A stretch of DNA of 54,851 nt, counting the filler, from Bipalium vagum (lineage: Eukaryota), in the NCBI GenBank assembly GCA_037834085.1. It is 3 parts of 3 records of this genome, joined end to end, with 100 filler letters (N's around TTAATTAATTAA, not from the genome) between each part and the next. Parts side by side here need not be neighbours in the genome. Positions count along the whole stretch, not along the records: positions 37,645 to 54,851 come from JBBMKC010074407.1; 2 more parts are not named here. One strand, written 5' to 3'. Every line of letters starts with the position of its first letter. Positions within the stretch are counted from its first letter, which is position 1. A program made the translations under genes and the position numbers. The notes beneath the pieces were generated by a model. That model was given only the letters and a program-made list of their open reading frames with translations, did no database searches and was not told the DNA's origin. Below, one piece after another: positions 50,260-54,851 of the stretch.

Positions 50260-51000
50260 TAAAGACAGTTGGCAGAAATATCTCTTCATTTTGTTATACC
50301 ATCAAAGAGATAACTGTAATACCTGAGAGAAGAAATGTCGAGAAAACAATTCAATCATGATACGATTACGCTGTAGAATATTTTGAAATAATATCAAAAG
50401 TCAGTGAATCTAAAATAATATTTCTAGATGAAGTTGGCTTCAATGTCTCCATGAGAACAAAAAAGGGAAATCGCTTATTGGCACCGCCGCAGTACAAGTT
50501 GTTCCAGGATTGCGAATGTTGAATATATCGGTTTGTGCCGCAATGAATCGGGATGGTGTTATCTACTACGCATCTCAAACTCAGGCTTTTAAAAGATCTT
50601 TCTTAGAATTTTTGAAGAAACTATTCATTAAACTCAAGGCTAAGGGATTGGAAAATTCATTTATTGCAATGGATAATGTGCCCTTCCATAAGCACAAAAT
50701 GATTAGAGAAGAAATTGAGTAATACAGTCATACACTCGTATTCCTTCCTCCTTGTTCGCCTCCTTAACCCTATTAAAAATATGTTTTCCATATGGAAACA
50801 TTCCATAAGGGTAGGACAGCCAAAAATGAGTGAATTGTTTGATTTAATAGAAACCAGTTTGAGCCAAATAACACCCGAGGATTGCTCAGTATTTTACAGG
50901 AATATATTTTCCTTCCTACCGAAATGTCTCAACAAAATACCAATCAGTGATAGTTGACTTTGTGTATTTTGCATTTTTTTGTGTTTTCTAAATTTTTAAT
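50260..51000 (+). mobile_element. IS630-like / Gambol-type DD34E transposase pseudogene (catalytic domain)
   Basis: IIFLDEVGFNVSMR, VPGLRMLNISVCAAMN, IAMDNVPFHK, FLPPCSP/LNPIKNMFSIWK; about 34 residues between the second D and the E position (now K); frameshifts. Confidence 0.8.
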
Positions 51001-51439
51001 ACATGTTGTATTTTGATATTAAAATAAAAATCTAATTTCTAGTTTCTAAATCCAATTGTTTCTGTTTCGAAATGTAAAATGTGTTTTGATAATTCTATAA
51101 TATTCACGGTAAATGTCAGTTTAAAAATGAATTGACAAAATTTAAAAATTGACGTGGCAAACCCTATAATAACAAAATCAATAAAATATTATTGAATTAA
51201 ATTTAATAAAATAGCTACATTTTATGAGACAATTGTTGATATTCGACTCCAGTCGTTTCAGTTGTATATTTCTTTTCACTCAAACTATAGAAAAATAATG
51301 AACTGGCTATTTTAATATTATTTATTTTAATTATTAAAAGTAATTTAAAATTATTTAAATAAATTTTAAAAACAAAATTTATTATTCACTAATAAATGAT
51401 GGTTTTATTAAAAATTTTTTAAAAGATGGTTTTTATTTT

Positions 51440-52263
51440 AAGAGAAAAAATTCAAATTTCTTTTAAAAGACTCCAATACTTAGATTTTACTTTTAAGACA
51501 TTCTACAGGTCTAGAGTCAAATAATTTTCTCAGTTCCTCGTGAAGAGTTTCTTTAGTTTCAAAGCAATATCCTCGAAAAATGTGATATTGAGCAATTGAG
51601 ATAAATGTCAACGACTGCAATATCTGGAAAGTATAGCGAGTGTGGCCATAGTTCAATTCCATCAGGACTGATGATACTAGTCAGTGATTTCCGAGATATT
51701 CGCTTGTATTAAAACCTTCCAATCAATTAAAGAAGAATATTTCGATGTCATAACTTTAAATCTCTTCAATTTTGATGATTCAGCTCCTTGCCTTAAAGCC
51801 CGATCAGTTACAGGGGTTCTACGACAAGAAAGAAATCCAAAATTTGCAATAGTCAGGAAATTCTTCAAATATGAACCACATTGAAAACTTGTGGGAGATG
51901 ATTAAACGGAAATTAGAAAAATTATCTCATAAAAAATATGGTAATCTTATATCGAAATTGAATCAAGTTTGAAATTGATACATTGAAAGAAATCTAAAAA
52001 ATTGTGTATTAATACAATTCCCGATCGTATTATGGCTCTGATAGCTGCAAAGAGTGGTGTGATAAAATACTAAAAATAACTAATACATTTCTATTTCAGG
52101 ACTTGTGATTTCATAGTCATTTTAATGTTTTTATACAATTGCTTACGTAATATTGTATTGAATCTTTAATTACTTAAATTAAGCTTAAGCTGTCCGTTGT
52201 GGTTTTATAAGCTCAAATTAACGAAAAATTAATGTGTCCACAATTATTTGGTAACCTACTGTA
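51440..52263. mobile_element. Mariner C-terminal fragment (minus, to ~51680) and Tc1 3' part (plus, ~51690-52263)
   Basis: Minus: YHIFRG..FETKETLHEELRKLFDSRP. Plus: DDSAPCLKARSV, MNHIENLWEMIKRKL, IPDRIMALIAAKSGVIKY*, and a TIR ending ...CCTACTG|TA. Confidence 0.7.
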
Positions 52264-53154
52264 AATAATGTAACAAATAATCTTAAGAAATTATTTTATT
52301 ATAATTATTTAAAAGGAAAGATTTTTCATTGAAATAGTTAATTATAAATATTAAATATATATAATAATAAAAATTTAGCTTTTCTAACTTTTGAGTAATA
52401 AGTTCTATGAGCTGGTTGTATAATTTTAAATATACAAAAAATATAAAATATAAATATGAATCCATCTGTTCATAAAAAATATTATAAAAAATATTATGGC
52501 GTGAAATACAGAAACAGAATTATTTTTATTCTTAATGTAAAATCCCTTTAAATAATTGGATGATAAAAGATTAATTGGAAAGAATTGAAAATATTACATA
52601 TCAGTATGAATAAAGTATTATTAATAAATGTAAAAGCTGTAGTTAATAGATTTAGAAGCCCAAGATGTATAATTACAATTAAAAAATTAATAATTAATAA
52701 TATTTCAAAAATTAATTAATTATTATTCCAATAAGCCTCATTTATTAATTGAAATGTACTTATAATCAGACTTTGTCCATGAATATAAATTAATATTAAT
52801 GAATATGAATATTAATTTTAAAAAATTAATAAATTTTAATACATTTTATTTAAAAAAATAAATTTAAAATTTATTAAAATGAAAAAAAAATAAAATTTTA
52901 AAAATAAATAAATAATTAATTAATTATACAATTGTCGCATTTCTCACAAATAATCAGTAGAAATTTTATTTTGATGATGATGAATTGATATTTTAATTAT
53001 TATCAAAAACTTTAATTGTATGATTTCTTATTTTTATTATTTTTCAAAAAAATAATATATTTTAAAATTTCAGAATCAGCTTAAGAGAAGATGTAGAAAT
53101 TTTTATGTAAGATTGAGTGTTAGACGAGAGAAAAATAATAATGAAAAAACTGTA

Positions 53155-53375
53155 TTATAATAATAATATAATATAATAATAATATAATTATGATAATAAT
53201 AAAAATATTCACAATAATAAAACATTAATATCGTAATAACTTGTCAATTAATTTAATAATAATAGTGATAGCAATAATATTAACAATAATAATAATTAAT
53301 AATAATTATAAAATAATAATAATTATTATTATAAATAATGATAATAATTATTATTATTGTTAAAAATAATTATTT
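53155..53375. repeat. Degenerate (AAT)n low-complexity tract upstream of the spondin-like gene
   Basis: Repeated AAT/ATT triplets. Confidence 0.75.
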
Positions 53376-53618
53376 TTATATGCCCTATATTTATAAAATA
53401 TTTTTCACATTATTTGAATGGCACCAATTGTTATTCTTACTGTAGTAAAATATGTATAAAATTATATCTTTTCTGATTGGTCATAATTACTGCCAATTCC
53501 GTGCTTAATGAGCATCAATTCTCTTTGGATAGATCCACTTATCAAAAATATGTAAAATATATTATAAATAACCTGGTTTCTATTATTTTCATTATTAAAA
53601 TTATATTTTGCTGATGAA

Positions 53619-54354
53619 ATGTATTTTCCCTTATTTGTCGTTTGGTTTATATTTTTAACGAATATCGTCAAAAGTTCCGACTTTTGTGGAATTCAAGTAC
53701 CAAAGTCAAGTGTTTCTTTTTCTAAAAACTTTGAACTTTTGACGGAAAACGGTGAAAAGAATTTTATCAATGTCACTTCTTATACACCATCGAAAACGTA
53801 CGGTATCATCGTATCACTGACACCGAAAGCTTTAAATGACCAATTGTCAATCAAAGAAATGTTTGTCATAATTGACAGGGTCCCGTATAACAACGAAGAT
53901 AACCGTGAGCAAAGGTCGATAAATGTAGGAGAAATCTTGTTTAATGAGAGTTATCCGTCAGAAGTAAAATTATGCAACCAACGAGGTTACATTCAATACT
54001 TATTCAATCAACCGCGAAACGCCAATTTTTATTGGACTGCTCCAAAAATGCCCGAGATTTGTCTTAGGTTAACTGTCATCCTCAATTTGAAAAATAAACA
54101 ATCACGAAGCTTTGTAGAAGAGAACTCTCAAACATTTTGTAAACAGCAAAGGCAAATCAATGATGAAATGCAATCGGATCAAGCAGACCCACAGATATGC
54201 AAATGGAAAAAGAAATTCGATCAAACAAAAAAATGTAACATTGCTTCCAGTGCGGTGTACAGAATGACAATCGAGAACAAATGGACCTCTTTGAACCACT
54301 GGAAAGATTGGCCTGGCAAGGACGGATATAGTCCGAAATTAACACAATACCTTG
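53619..54354 (+). CDS. SPON1: F-spondin (spondin-1)-like secreted protein, first exon (signal peptide, Reeler-like domain, start of Spondin_N domain)
   Basis: Longest ORF in the window. Hydrophobic N-terminus MYFPLFVVWFIFLTNIVKS; Reeler-like SYTP.KTY and FYWTAP....C; Spondin_N-like CNIASSAVYRMTIENKWT..NHWKDWP. Likely phase-1 donor G|GTAACT after 54354. Downstream exons were not identified. Confidence 0.7.
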
Positions 54355-54851
54355 GTAACTCAATATTACCTTGTTCTCAATAAATTATCATTACTATTAA
54401 TAAAAAATCTTTTATTATTAGTAGGAATCATATCCATGACATTCAGGTTTAATAATAGATACTCAATGTACCTTGCTTTTATACTTCACCTTCCTTTTGT
54501 TTTAGACGAACAATCATGACAGGAAAGAATTTTATGAGAAATTGCACAAAAATATCTGAAAATAAAAATTTAGGACGTGTATGGTATTGTAAAATTTTAT
54601 ATATATAATATTATATATTTTTTCTTAATTTGAGTGTTCTGAAACATCCAAGGAATTTTATTTCGACAAAAATTCTGCATACTTAAAATTATTAGGTCGG
54701 AGAAATCTTATATGAACACGTTGGGTATCTTCATGATTCCATTAGCTTTTGCGAATGAAATTTATATTTTATATTTATTTTCATTAAATAAAAGATATAT
54801 ATTTATATTAAAAAATAATGAGAAAATTAATAATTATAATAAAAATAAAAT

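Noticed and set aside
1-54851. CRISPR arrays, tRNA/rRNA genes, Fanzor/TnpB or prokaryotic operons
   Set aside because: No repeat-spacer array, recognisable structural RNA or RuvC-like ORF was seen by eye. The sequence is clearly intron-containing eukaryotic DNA. A covariance-model scan would be needed to exclude small ncRNAs.

Overview
AT-rich eukaryotic (animal) genomic DNA. The short 42-57 nt GT-AG introns and heavy load of decayed Tc1/mariner elements suggest a planarian-like invertebrate (inference only). Two N-gaps with an artificial TTAATTAATTAA linker split the window into three contigs (1-20783, 20883-37544, 37645-54851), so adjacency across the gaps is unproven. Four host genes were spliced by hand. 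(1) A complete 6-exon, kelch-only KLHDC8-like gene (minus, 22909-36404, 339 aa). (2) The first 7 exons of an AXDND1-like gene (minus, 40379-43133), mostly missed by the ORF track; its 3' part was not found. (3) A complete 6-exon Cdc25 phosphatase (minus, 45482-46979, 385 aa). (4) The first exon of an F-spondin-like secreted protein (plus, from 53619). Most recognisable remaining sequence is transposon debris: many mariner copies, Tc1/Tc3-like, rosa/DD41D-like, pogo, Gambol/IS630-like, Merlin, a Penelope-like RT and an NeSL/Utopia-type RLE retrotransposon. The best novelty candidate is an 852-bp Merlin element (34-bp TIRs, 8-bp TSD) in KLHDC8 intron 3. Its transposase core is replaced by a GC-rich, apparently spliceable two-exon mini-ORF with a YTPPHLR motif, resembling Pack-type gene capture. 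An in-frame mariner/pogo chimeric transposase remnant is also notable. All protein family calls come from motif recognition by eye, not database searches.
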